DNA of 64,000 nucleotides, from NCBI GenBank assembly GCA_051362555.1, contig CM120648.1, positions 907,721-971,720 on the forward strand, written 5' to 3'. The notes beneath the pieces are model-generated. The model saw nothing but the letters and a program-made list of their open reading frames with translations. It was not told the DNA's origin and searched no databases. Origin of the DNA: Lingula anatina. Lineage: Eukaryota > Animalia > Brachiopoda. Each line of letters begins with the position of its first letter. The stretch's first letter is position 1. Below, piece by piece: positions 52,916 through 64,000 of this stretch. A program made the position numbers and the translations under genes.

Positions 52916-55900
52916 TTAACTTGTGGTCACTTGTGATGGCTGAACATTGGTAATGTTTGTATCACCAATATGAACTCCATTGCTACCAGAAATGTTGATG
53001 GTTTCATTATGCTGATGATGGTGTTCTTCCTTCAAATTCACCACTGTAGCCTTCTTCCCTCTTTTTGAATTCTTTTTCCTGACAGAGCCTTTCTTAACCT
53101 GGTCTGGAAATTTAAAAGACCACAAAAATAATTATTAGGATGAATGACAGTATTATCTTTTCATGACTTGCAAGTGGACCAACTTCAAATATTATACAGT
53201 GAGTCAATGACATATAAAGCATGGATGCTGTTTTATTTTATTATGTGTGCCTTAAGTGTTATTATCATTATTTTTTTGTTTGTTTTTATCTCTACACTTT
53301 GTTTTAAAAAATTAAAAAAGGCATATACAATGATACATATAAATACATATACACAAAGAAAATATATTTCCAGTTGGAAAAAACATTAAAATATTTGTAA
53401 AACTTTTCCCATTCAAAGAAACTTGCTGAAAAAAATCTACATTTTAATTTTAAACTTAAATTGTGATTGTCATCTTAACCTGTATAAAAGCTATCAAATA
53501 TATTTAATTTAATCAGTTTTAATAAATATGCTAATCTATCACTCAAAAACTTTCCTTACTATCCCTACACCGCACACAGTCATCCATTTTCACATAGCAC
53601 TTCAAAATAAACCATGTTATCAGTACTTTTTTTAGTAGACCTTAACCATTGAGAGATTCCATATAGTTTTTCTAAAGGGGTGATGGATGAATTACTCTTT
53701 GGCTTTGTCTTGTTTCACTCAATTTTTTGGGGGGGAGGGGGGAGAGAAAGGTATACAACCCAGGCCTGTAGCCAGCAATTTCAGACATGGGGGGGATATA
53801 GTCTTTTTCTGAAAAAGCAGAGCTTTTACTCTAAAACCTTCACTAGATCAAATTTTACCCAGAGGGAACCTTTTCCCAGCAAAAAGGGCAGTCCTTTCTA
53901 ACCCCCTGAAACCCCCCCCCCCCCCCCCGGTTATGGGCCTGCAACCAAAACCGGGGGAAGAGGAGGGGCCATATGCCCAATGTGCCTCCTGGATCTGTCT
54001 TCAAAACATTTGACCTAAATATTACCTTTTTGAACACATTTCTTCCTACAAATCTTCTCATAGTCTCTCAGTTGTTTACAGCAGCCTGAAAAGAGATATT
54101 TGTTAACTTTTTCTTTTTGACATATGCAGGAAATGAGAAAATGGTCAATAAAAAGACATTGAGGAATTATAGCTATTTAAAAACATGAATACACATTCCA
54201 AACATAATTAATTATAATAGTGAAATAATACCGATGTGTGCATCTGATTTAAGTGACCTCTTCCTAAAATTCAATGTTTTCCATCCCTTTAAATTAAAAA
54301 GGCCTAGGGTGCAAGTGGGGATATAAAGCAAAGCATGAATTTACAACAGTAAAAACAATTAATAATGTAATTTCCTTAAAACTATGTTTTAAATTCATTT
54401 TTAATATTTTCAGATGATTCAAATGGGCATTTTTTTAGTATATCTGAATGAATCCTAACCATCAACAACTGATAAAGTACAATTATACCTTTTGAACTAA
54501 GCATAGGGTAGTGAAAAACAGCAGGGATTTGGGGTGCATTCGGCTGTCCATGGCACGCAACTGTGTTACTGATGATACAATGGCGAAAGCTGGCAAAGGC
54601 TGGTAGGGTTGTGACTGTATCCCAGGGTAGTTTTAAAGGCTTCTTGGACCCCTCCTTTGTGCAGGCTGGACACAGGTAGATGACATCTGATGTCTCCCCT
54701 GGATATTCTGTCAACAGGTCCTGAAAGAAGACATTATTTTGTGTTGTAAAGAAAAGTGTGAAGAAAAGGCTCGGTCAGGTACGTGTCACTCAATCACCTG
54801 CATTTCTCAAGTAGTCAGGTGGCTACGTCCCAAATATTTCCAAAATTGTGCAAAATTTGAATACAGCATGCAATTTTCCATGATGAATGACCAATGGATG
54901 TTTGTCAATTCTGGATAGGTTGGCAACTCCAAAATTTATTAGAAGCTGGATGAGCAGGTTTGTTAAAATATGCTTCCTCTGTACACATATTTTTATACAC
55001 ACCCAGATCTCACTAAAACAAAAGCTAAATTTGTTAATTTTTCTGTATGTAATCGCCAGCTTTTCAGCAGGAAGAATCATGTTTTATGTGTCAATCTAGC
55101 TGACAGCATTCAGGAAGAGTCTACGCAGAGTTGGGTCAATCAACACTTTATGATCATTTCTTTGGGATGAGCCTCATGGTAATTTTTGTCTTAACATTTA
55201 TAATACTGTGTGTCAGTTTGGAATTTGAGTTTATTAAGGTGACTAGGACCACATTCCCAATGCCATACATATTTAGATAAATCTATCCCCCTGGGGAGTC
55301 TCACTAGATTGTTGTCAGCTTAACAGGCTTAAATGTCTGTCCCTCCTACTAAAAGCTGCAAGGGGGTAAGTAACTATGGTGCGTGCTCGACTGATAGCAA
55401 TTTAGCGTGAACCCCCAGGGAGTTAGGTCAATCCGGATGGATTGATCTAAATCTCTGGGAATGCACTCTAAGGCTGTGCACTGATCAATCTGGCAAAACT
55501 GTAAGCTAAAGAGAGAAAGAGAGAGAGAGAGAGAGGGAGGGAGGGAGGGGGAATTCTTGTCACTAACCTGCATTTCTGTATGTATCCAGCAAAGAATCTT
55601 CCACAGTTCTTCAAACTCCACAATCTTGCCCCTCACTGCAACCTCGATCTTGGCTTCATTTTGTTCCTGAACTCGTCTGATCAAAATTCTAGAGCTGCCA
55701 TACCGGGTGAACATTCCATTGCACCAGTCTCTTCGCTGGGAGTCCTCAAATGAACAAACACTGCAGTGGAGTCGGCCCTGAAGCTGGTATAGAAAATTAT
55801 TTTATTCATGAGGTGTCCAATTACACTGAGACAGAGTATGACAGCAAGGTCATTCTATGTGCTTGGCTTCCTTCTGCATCACCTTCAAGAAAAGACTGAT

Positions 55901-58695
55901 ATGGTTTGAATCATAGGCCCCATTCATAATAGGGGACTAACTTGTCTGAGGGTCAAATGTGGCTCACCCGCTTGAATTCTTCCCCGCAGGATATCTATTC
56001 AGTGTCTATTAGCGGATTAAATGGCAAGCTTTGTAGTGGGTTGCCATATTTGACCCTCAGACTAGTTAGTCCCCTATTCTGAATGGGGCCTATGATAGAG
56101 TGTTAAGTAAGTAAAAAATCTCACCATGTCCTAGCTATTTGGAGCCCAAGCTTCTTATAACATCAATATATTGGATTAATACATAAGTAGTCCTGCAGCT
56201 TCAAGACAAGAATGAAACAGACGAAGATCAACAAGATCCACATGTGCCTTAAAATATTTCAAAACTTTATCAAAATGGAAGTTTACCTTTTCAAAATAAC
56301 TTATGGGGACCACAATGAGGAAATGGAACTCCACTTGGAGTTGAATCTGGTCATCTTCTAGAACACTGGGCCAGACATGTGGCAGGTCTTCAGGTTCTTC
56401 TTGCTTGAAAAGGTACCATGGAAAATACAGCCCTTGAGTGCCCTTGCCAAAGTGAACTTGGTAGCAAAGGTCGAACTCCTGCAGGAGTGAGAACAAAAAG
56501 TCCTGTTCATTATCTTCAAAATCAGCAAGAATGTTGGCCATCAGTCTTGGAATCAGAACACCTTTCTTAAGCAGATGCATTTCTCTGTCAAACCGTGTCT
56601 TTGTGCAGGTGTACAATCCCCTGGCCTTCTCTTCTTTCAGGGTTTCAAAAAGTTTGTAATCGAACACCCTTTTTAGGAAATCTATCATTCGGCCAGTGTC
56701 ATGGATAACTGAGTCACAAAGTCTGGAGTTTTGTCTATGCCACAATATACAACCCCATTTGTGAAGAAAATCCAACTGGGTCTCAAAGGCCTTTTTCTTA
56801 CTGTGCGTTTTTATGAATTTAGAGACAGTGTCAAAAGCATCTTTTAAGGGTTGAAACCAGGTGCGTTGGGTTGTTCTGTATCCATTACAATGTTCCCATA
56901 TTCTGTAGGCATCTCCAACAGACATGTGCAGCGACTGGGGTTTTAAATTCCCTTCTGTCTGTGCTTTGGTCTTGTGCTTCATGACCTCATCTGCAAACTC
57001 TACCCAATTGGGTGGCAGCAGCAGGGCATTTTCATTAGCTATGCCTTGGAGTTCCTTTCTGATTTCAAGAATCCCATGGTACTTCAAAGAGCTTATGGTA
57101 AAAAATTTCTTATTAATGCAAAGCATGTTGTCTAGTTTATTCTCCAGACTCTTCCTTTTCATTTCAAGCTTTTGGCGCTCTTCTCTTTTCCAAATGCGTT
57201 TGCTTTTAAGTTGAGTTTCAACTTCCTTCAGTTTGCGACCAATGTTCTTTTTGTACACTTGTTCCTGGTAGTGATTCACCCTCTCTGTGACATGCTGAAT
57301 CCTACTTTTGATCTCTTCCTTGGTGAGTAAATCAGATTTTGAACCTACAATCATAACCTTCACACCTGGGATTCGAGACTGCAATTTGAGGATCCAAAAG
57401 CCAATGCTGTTAAGATAGGCATTCGTGGTACATGTACAATCATACTTCGAGAGGTCAAACATCAAAATCACCACTGCATTTTGTCTAAGAAGCAACGGGC
57501 ATATAACTTTATACATTTCATGGCCACCAAAGTCCCAAAAATTAAACACTGTGTTTCCATCACTAATAAAGGATTCATTTACAACTGTAGTGTAGTCTCC
57601 CCTTTCAGTAACAAAAGCGTGACAAAGTCTCAGACTTTCACAAAAACTGGTTTTCCCAAATTCAGACTCTCCAACCACAAATACTACCTGCCTCCTGCCA
57701 TACCTTGCCCCTATACGATCATAAAGTTTCATATCATGTTGGTACTGCAAAATGGCTTCCACACCAAGCTCACAAACCTCAAGAGGAGGTTCTTGAAGTG
57801 GGTTTTTAACAAAATCAAACTTCTTCAGCTGCACAAGCTTTTGCAACGATGGCAAATGTGTAATTTGGTTGTGACGGATATCAAAAATCTTCAACTTGGT
57901 CAAATTATCCACAATGAAGACAGGAATTGCTGTAAGTTGGTTGTTTGAGACATTCAGTTCTGTGAGATTTGATAAACGTCCAACAGCATCAGGAATGGTT
58001 TCCAACATATTTTTGTGGATGCGAAGTGATTCAAGAAATTGCAGGCTTGCAATTTGTTCTGGAATTTCAGTAAGCCTGTTGTTATTTATGTCTAACCATT
58101 TCAGATTTTGGAGCTTTAAGACACCTCTAGGAAAGTGTGTGATTGCATTGTGACTTACATCTAGAACTTCTAGATTTCCAAGATTCCCAATTTCATCAGG
58201 TACTTTCTCTATACCACAACTCCAAACAAAAAACTGTTGGAGATTTGTCAATCTTTTAATACGCTTGGGAATTTTCTTGATTGGGTTATTGGCAACATGA
58301 AGCCATGTCAATTTCTCTAGTTTTGTAACAGAGACAGGCAACTTAGAGAGTCTGTTCCATCCCAAGTGAAGTGTTTCCAATAGTGGTGGAAGTGTTTTAG
58401 GAAAACATGTTCTTTTGTTTCTTGACACATCAAGAACCCTAATGCTGTTAAAATTCTCCAAACACTTCAAATTGTTTATGGTACCAAGCTCTGTTCCACT
58501 CCAGTCAACCTTATTCCTATCATCATTTCCAAGTTTTCTGATATTTCTTTTATAATTATGATTGTCTGGACGTAAATTGATAAAATAAAGTACTGGTAAT
58601 AGTAGTAGTAGTAGTAGTAGTGCACCACCAAACACAATGCCATCCCCACTGTTACTTAAAACTTCATATGCATTCTGTGCATGTTGCAGTATCAT
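52916..58695 (-). CDS. ROCO gene 2 (MFHAS1-like): N-terminal hydrophobic anchor, LRR array, Roc GTPase, COR, CxxC, basic/His linker, RHIM-like C-terminus; about 1034 aa
   Basis: Exons 58695-56287, 55783-55568, 54720-54489, 54085-54026, 53103-52916 (3105 nt, in frame). About 10 LxxLxLxxN repeats; P-loop GESEFGKTS; G3 WDFGGH; G4-like VGSKSD; COR motifs LHKWGCILW, LLQEFDLCY, LYFPWYL, RRDWCNG, EYPGE, YLCPAC. The last exon encodes EEHHHQHNETINISGSNGVHIGDTNITNV. Confidence 0.92.
52955..52999 (-). other. RHIM-like motif INISGSNGVHIGDTN (Q-to-H variant core)
   Basis: Same spacing as RIPK1/RIPK3 RHIMs (I-x5-V-[Q/H]-I-G-x-x-N). It sits at the same terminal position after a His-rich tract as the canonical RHIM of ROCO gene 1. 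Confidence 0.65.
55916..56090. mobile_element. Hairpin MITE flanked by TA in an intron of ROCO gene 2
   Basis: GGCCCCATTCATAATAGGGGACTAACTTGTCTGAGGGTCAAAT pairs with ATTTGACCCTCAGACTAGTTAGTCCCCTATTCTGAATGGGGCC; TA on both sides. Confidence 0.85.
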
Positions 58696-59766
58696 AATTG
58701 CACGAGTGCTTATTTTCTTCTTCTAAATATCTTTTTTCCCCTTTTTTCTTTTCTTTTGTACCAACTAATGTTCTCTTGATCTCTATGAGTTTAAAATTTT
58801 TGCTATTGTGTTTTTTCTTCTTTTCTGTCATTTTTTACATTGGGGCAAAATTACTTCAGGGATGTCAACTTTTTCACAGTAAAAACTGTATCAGATTTCA
58901 GAACACTGTTGTTAACTGATTCTACTGTTCATCAAGTACAGGTGTGCTTATATCAGTATATAAATGGGGAACTGTTGCTTGTTTATCTCTTATGGCACAA
59001 TGGTTATTATTGTGCACCTGTTCTTGTTTTCCATGTATCAATCCTTCTTTTAGAGTCCAATAAATGCTTCAGAAAATAGCGTAGATTGTCTTCTGGGTTT
59101 ACTGTCCTGCTGATGGATTTTGGTCAATAGTTTGCTGCAAAGACAAAAAACTGAGTATACGATCACCTGCATCATAAACTGGCTATGTTGCTTGGTAAAA
59201 ATAAAACATGTACATGTGCAACTACTAGTAGATAGTGTTGATGGGTATAACCATCCTTCGATGATCTGCCCTTTGATTTCCGAAAAAAAAAAAATCCCAC
59301 CATTGGTGCCCTCTTCAAATTACAATTTTGACTAGCTGAATCATAGTTCTTAACCCCACCAAAAGGCACCATTAATTTGCCCTCTAAAATACCAAAAGAG
59401 CTAGGGAGGGGGTCAGTTTCGCATCCCCGGACCCCCCCCCCCCCCCACTTCAAATAATCCTGAATCCAACCCTGCTAAGTGTACTATACTTAAGAAAATA
59501 CTAGCTGTCATTTTAAAATAAAAGGAACAACTTGACTGACCTCAATTGTAGCTGAATTAATATAAATGAGATGCACCAGTAATTGAAATAATGTGCTTTT
59601 AAATACAGTACTGGTGTACCGTGTACATATGTAGCACGACAGAGAGTCCCCCATGACAGAGAGTCTGCTTTCCATTCATCTGAACCACTTACGTCACGCT
59701 AACCCTAACCGTTATAAGTGAATGGAGGGCGGACATTATGTTACACAGACCCTCAGTTTCGTTACA

Positions 59767-60303
59767 CCGGTGTGGCGTGTACCGCCGGGAGCGTGAACCA
59801 TCCGTTCTGCTCATGCGCACTAAGCGCATGCAAATCTGTGGGACTTCCGGCGTGTACAGTCCGTCTCTATAGAGTCGTAAATACATTCTTAGCCCTTAAT
59901 AAACACGCGCTGTTGAGAACATACTGCAAATTTAAACATAATCTTTAGAAGTTTTCATATCTTATAGACGTCCACCTCTACTGCTATTTCTCTCAGGTGG
60001 CCATATCAACACACTAGCCTAGTAAAATAAATACTAAAATAGTAGCCCGAAGCTAAAAAACGACGGCCCGTCCACGGTAGGTTACTCCATGCGTCGATTC
60101 TCCATGACGCTGATTCTCTAACACATGAATTTTATCCCCATCATAGTTAATGTATAATGGGGTAGGAAATGAACTAGCCGAATATAACAGTACAGGTGAA
60201 TAACAACGGATCATTCACAGAACGGCTCATACACGCTGCTGCTGCGTGTACAATCGGTCAGGACGGATGGTTCACGCAGAACGGACCGTACACGTGACAC
60301 CGG
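59767..60303. repeat. Imperfect inverted repeats flanking about 540 bp at the 5' end of ROCO gene 2
   Basis: CCGGTGTGGCGTGTAC...GCGTGAACCATCCGT (59767-59805) pairs with ACGGATGGTTCACGC...GTACACGTGACACCGG (60263-60303). Confidence 0.6.
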
Positions 60304-60491
60304 CACACTGTACTTACTCATTACTGCTGTTACACACAGGCACAGATCAAGGACAGGGGATAGTGGGGCACTGCAGACAGACAAAATTTGATTTAAAACT
60401 TACATGACGTATAACCTAGATGAGACAACACGATTTAGCGGTATATTAAAAAGCGATGACTGATGTTAATACAACATCCGGTGAGGTTTCC

Positions 60492-60512
60492 GAAAACGAA
60501 AGGGGATTTCCC
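60492..60512 (+). promoter_or_regulatory. Adjacent IRF-element (GAAAACGAAA) and NF-kB site (GGGGATTTCC)
   Basis: GAAANNGAAA at 60492-60501 directly abuts GGGRNWYYCC at 60502-60511, about 0.8 kb upstream of the probable first-exon donor of ROCO gene 2 (plus-strand CTTAC at 59688-59692). Confidence 0.45.
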
Positions 60513-61839
60513 GAGCTATGAAAATGACAAATATTCTCAAAATCAAACGTTAATATTAACCTTACAAGGTCTACATACGTTAACAAATATTACTTACAAA
60601 AATACGAATGAAGTCTTGCCTGCAAAGAAGTCACAAAAACGGCAACTAAGTGGGAAAATTGGAGGTTTTTTGCCACCACTAGGAACAGAAACTCCGATGT
60701 ATTTCTGGTTGAGGTTGGTCACTGGGTGGCGCTGCTATATCAAGAGAGCACAGTTCAAATCTAATATAGTTGAATAATTTTGCAGCACGAGACCCTAACT
60801 GATAACCCCTGGTAAATTCAATGTTTTTCGCGCGTCTGACTGCAGAAGAATAGCCAGAGATCTAAAAAGAGAAATTTAGCTCATCTTGACAGAATCAAGA
60901 ACTACATATAGGGACCTCTGTAGGAAAGATTGACAAGCTACAAGTAACATTTGTCTCAATGGAAAAATTTCATAAAAAAGAACAATTTTTTCATAAAAAC
61001 ATTCATATTTGGGAAAATCACCATTTACTAATGTATTTCTGTCTAGGGGCATCTATGGTAAATAACTTAAGTTTGATTACTTGAAGTAGTTTCTAAAGTA
61101 AAATATGTGAAAAAGTCGAAAAATGCATGATACACATTTATATGCCTGTCCAAATAACTGATTATCATATTTTGTTTCAATTTAAATTTGCCAGGTAGCA
61201 TTGATTAATGAAAATGTTTATTTACTTATTTAATTAATATTTATTTATTGACAAACAGCATGATCAGATTATATCTAAGTTCAAAGTTAATTATTGGTTG
61301 ATTTTTTTTTTTTTAAATCTATAATTGCTATTCTGTATTCTTTTACCTCAGATCTGCACTGCATTCCATAGTAGCATACATGTACTACGTTGAAGGTAGA
61401 AATGGTTGAAGTCCTGGATCAATTATTAAACTGTGAAATTGGGGCTGTCTCGATAGTCTGAAGGTTCACTGGTCAAAAAAAAAAAAAAATGGTACCATTT
61501 CCATGTTTTTTTTTATTTATTTTTTTATTATTATTTTTTTTTTTTTTAGTGAATTGACATTCAAAGATAGTCAATTTTTTTTAACTGTAATAATCTTTAC
61601 ATTGTCAGATGGCAAGCAGAGATTTCAGAATACTTGTGTCAACTGCAGTTTTGGTGGTGAAATGGAATTTAATACATGTATATTATCATGTGTTGTTCTT
61701 TAATTTATTTATACAAGACTACAGCAACATGTACAACTTATCATAGAATTAACAATGGTCTTATAAATTATAAGATCATATAGTTATATATGAGGCCATT
61801 ATTATTTGTACAGTATATTACAGTATTTTATTTTATTTT

Positions 61840-61871
<32 letters not shown>

Positions 61872-61889
61872 TACAGTTTGAACTAAGTT

Positions 61890-62065
61890 CAGGCCCGTAG
61901 CCAGGGGGTGGGGGTGGGGGGGGGAGGGTCGAAAGAACCACCCCTTTTGCTGGGAAAAGGTCCATTTAGGGTAAAATTTGATCTAGGTAAATGAAGTTTT
62001 TATGGGAAAAGGACCACTTTTTCAAAGAAAGAACCCCCCTTTTGAAATTGCTGGTTACGGGCCTG
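61890..62065. mobile_element. CAGGCCCGTAGCC...GG(C/T)TACGGGCCTG MITE family with 5-bp TSDs; further copies at 53761-53941 and 40035-40220
   Basis: About 13-bp TIRs with TSDs AAGTT (61890) and CAACC (53761). The 40035 copy is absent from the paralogous B intron at about 19450. Confidence 0.8.
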
Positions 62066-62214
62066 AAGTTGTTAATCGAACTGCAGAAGTTTTCTACTCT
62101 CTCCGTCGCTAGAAACTAAAATTTCGGTTGTTAGTTTATAGCTGTCTGGCCGATTAACAGCTATGGGACGGGAACTCTACTGTTCTATGTACCTCTTGTG
62201 TTTGTTTACATCAG

Positions 62215-62280
62215 CACGTGGCCTCGAGGTTATTAGGTCACCCGGAAGTTGACGTGAACTGAAATGGACACAAGATGGCG
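62215..62280 (+). promoter_or_regulatory. Housekeeping-type core promoter motifs: E-box CACGTG, ETS CCGGAAGT, CRE half-site TGACGT, YY1 CAAGATGGCG
   Basis: CACGTG 62215-62220, CCGGAAGT 62242-62249, TGACGT 62250-62255, CAAGATGGCG 62271-62280, clustered about 90-150 bp upstream of the ORF at 62368. Confidence 0.6.
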
Positions 62281-62367
62281 TCGTGCAAAAGCAACGCTGG
62301 AGACGGGGGTGGAATGTCTTTTAATTTCCCCTGAATCATCTTTAATAAAATCGTGAAATAAGTCATA

Positions 62368-62643
62368 ATGTATTTGATGAAATCGAAGAAAGCTATAGAA
62401 GAAGAGGACTGGAAGGAACTGATGGAGAAGAGGGGGAAATACATGGAGAGGAAACGTTTATCCGGAGAGAGGTCGTCCAACGTCGTCGGTGGTCCAAGTT
62501 CATCGGGCCAACAAAACACCAAAAATACAAACGCTGGTTTTCAACCTGATGAACTTCCGGATGGCCATGGGTTTCAACCAGTCACAAAGAGTATTCCACA
62601 GCCGGGAGAGGATGTGCTCCATACTTCTTACAGGGACGCACAG
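62368..62643 (+). CDS. Probable first coding exon of an unidentified gene, divergent from ROCO gene 2
   Basis: GC-richer ORF MYLMKSKKAIEEEDWKELMEKRGK...SYRDAQ ending at a plausible donor (CAG|GTGTGT at 62643/62644), directly downstream of promoter-like motifs. No family recognised. Confidence 0.5.
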
Positions 62644-63786
62644 GTGTGTATACTTTGGGACAACTACTGACTACTGTGATTTCAAAACAAAAGTTTCAAC
62701 ATCAACATTAGCCACCAACAAGTTTCTACTTGTTGAATGACATTATGACCGATAAATACATAACCATTCCGTTGTAGACATTAAAGGCCCTGCAAATAAA
62801 GTCGTCTATATCTGCACAAAGAAATGCAACATTGTTTTAAAAACTCACTGTGATATTTAAAGAGGTAAATATTTTAACAACGTGGTAGCCTACTTCAGTG
62901 TTCATTTTCATTGATCAATAAACATGCTTTGTCCATTCTTAGTTATACTTGTGTGAGATAAACTTTGTCACCAAACAAATGTTTTACTTGCAGAGTTAGA
63001 CCAAGTAAAAGGGGGAGGGGGGGGGGGTTGGAGAAATAGCTTTTTAGGTCCAAAAAGATTCAGTTGAAAGAGAAAATAAGTGTTAAGCAGTAAAGTTTGT
63101 TGACGTTGACATTGTTGATTTCCATGGAAAGTTAGCCTTTGCAAGAGATAACAGCTTTCACAATTTTTTATTTAAAATTTTGAAAATAACAATTTTGCCA
63201 AGTGTGCAGGTATGTATATAGACCTTCGAAGAATACAATTCAGTATTTTGCTCTCTGGTCAAATTTATTGGGTAAAGTAATCTTTTTCGGTATATGTGAC
63301 CCATGATTGAGGTAGTAACATAGGGTGCCTTTTCACAGTACTAGTCCATCTTGTACGCCTTTGGGCAATAAATAAACTTAGTTTACTAATAATAGCAGTA
63401 GAAGGTTCTTAGACATATTGTGTTGATTGATTGAATAACAGTATATTAATAATATTTATTTTGATCTTTATTTGCTTCAAGGGTCTATAAAATTTGTTTA
63501 GATTTGTTAAAAATTAAATGCTACAAGTAAGTTTTTAAGGCCAACTTCTCACTTGCAAAGTAACTGCTGCCAACTCAAACTTATACTATACCTATATATC
63601 AGATAAATCCATATAACAGTCATGAATGTTAACTTCTAAAAGTATTTAATCCCAACAAAAAAGAAAGGATAATTACAATGCAAATGTGAATTTCGTGAAA
63701 TAGTGCTACTGAATTGGACAAATAAGAAAAGTGCCATCCCCCTATTCCCCCCTTCTCTTCAACACGAACGCACACATGCACGCACA

Positions 63787-63828
<42 letters not shown>

Positions 63829-64000
63829 AGCTAGGGCATGCATCCTCATAAATTCAAAAAGCAAGTACATTTTTTTTTTACTTTCCACATTTTCTTATGC
63901 TCCAGTTTGGCAATACATTTTAGTTTGAACATCATTTCAAAATTTTCTGTCATTCTGCATGTAGTAGTCAATGCCATTCCTGCCTGTCACCCCCCGAATC

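Noticed and set aside
56924-58153. Plus-strand ORFs of 85-155 aa
   Set aside because: They are antisense shadows of the large ROCO exon with no recognisable features.
52916-58695. Assigning the gene symbol MFHAS1 or LRRK
   Set aside because: There is no kinase domain, and orthology cannot be shown within an expanded ROCO family without a phylogeny.
1-64000. Prokaryotic system (CRISPR array, operon, anti-phage defence island)
   Set aside because: Spliceosomal GT-AG introns, microsatellites, MITEs and low coding density show animal DNA; no repeat-spacer array was seen.

Overview
AT-rich, intron-containing animal genomic DNA, probably from an invertebrate (the species cannot be determined from sequence alone). 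The window holds a compact innate-immunity/cell-death-like gene cluster. Two convergent MFHAS1-like ROCO genes (LRR-Roc GTPase-COR) bracket it: the 3' half of one on + (1-3329) and a complete one on - (58695-52916, about 1034 aa, N-terminal hydrophobic anchor). When spliced by hand, both end in a His-rich stretch followed by a RHIM-type amyloid signalling motif (INNCQYVQVGNENIM; INISGSNGVHIGDTN). Between them lie three tandem minus-strand paralogs (called A, B, C here) with an unusual architecture: DED + tandem CARD-CARD exon(s) + one or two truncated NACHT-like modules with degenerate Walker A/B motifs, and no LRRs. Copy A has a frameshift in the DED exon, and copy B has a duplicated CARD-CARD exon. 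The C-terminal helices of the second CARD are hypervariable between otherwise near-identical copies. The window also contains many non-autonomous TIR/foldback elements, tandemly repeated 5' exon/promoter units, kappaB/IRF/CRE-like motifs and the first exon of an unidentified + strand gene at about 62.4 kb. Exon models were built by eye from GT-AG sites, reading-frame phase and paralog comparison. Domain names come from motif recognition, not from database searches.
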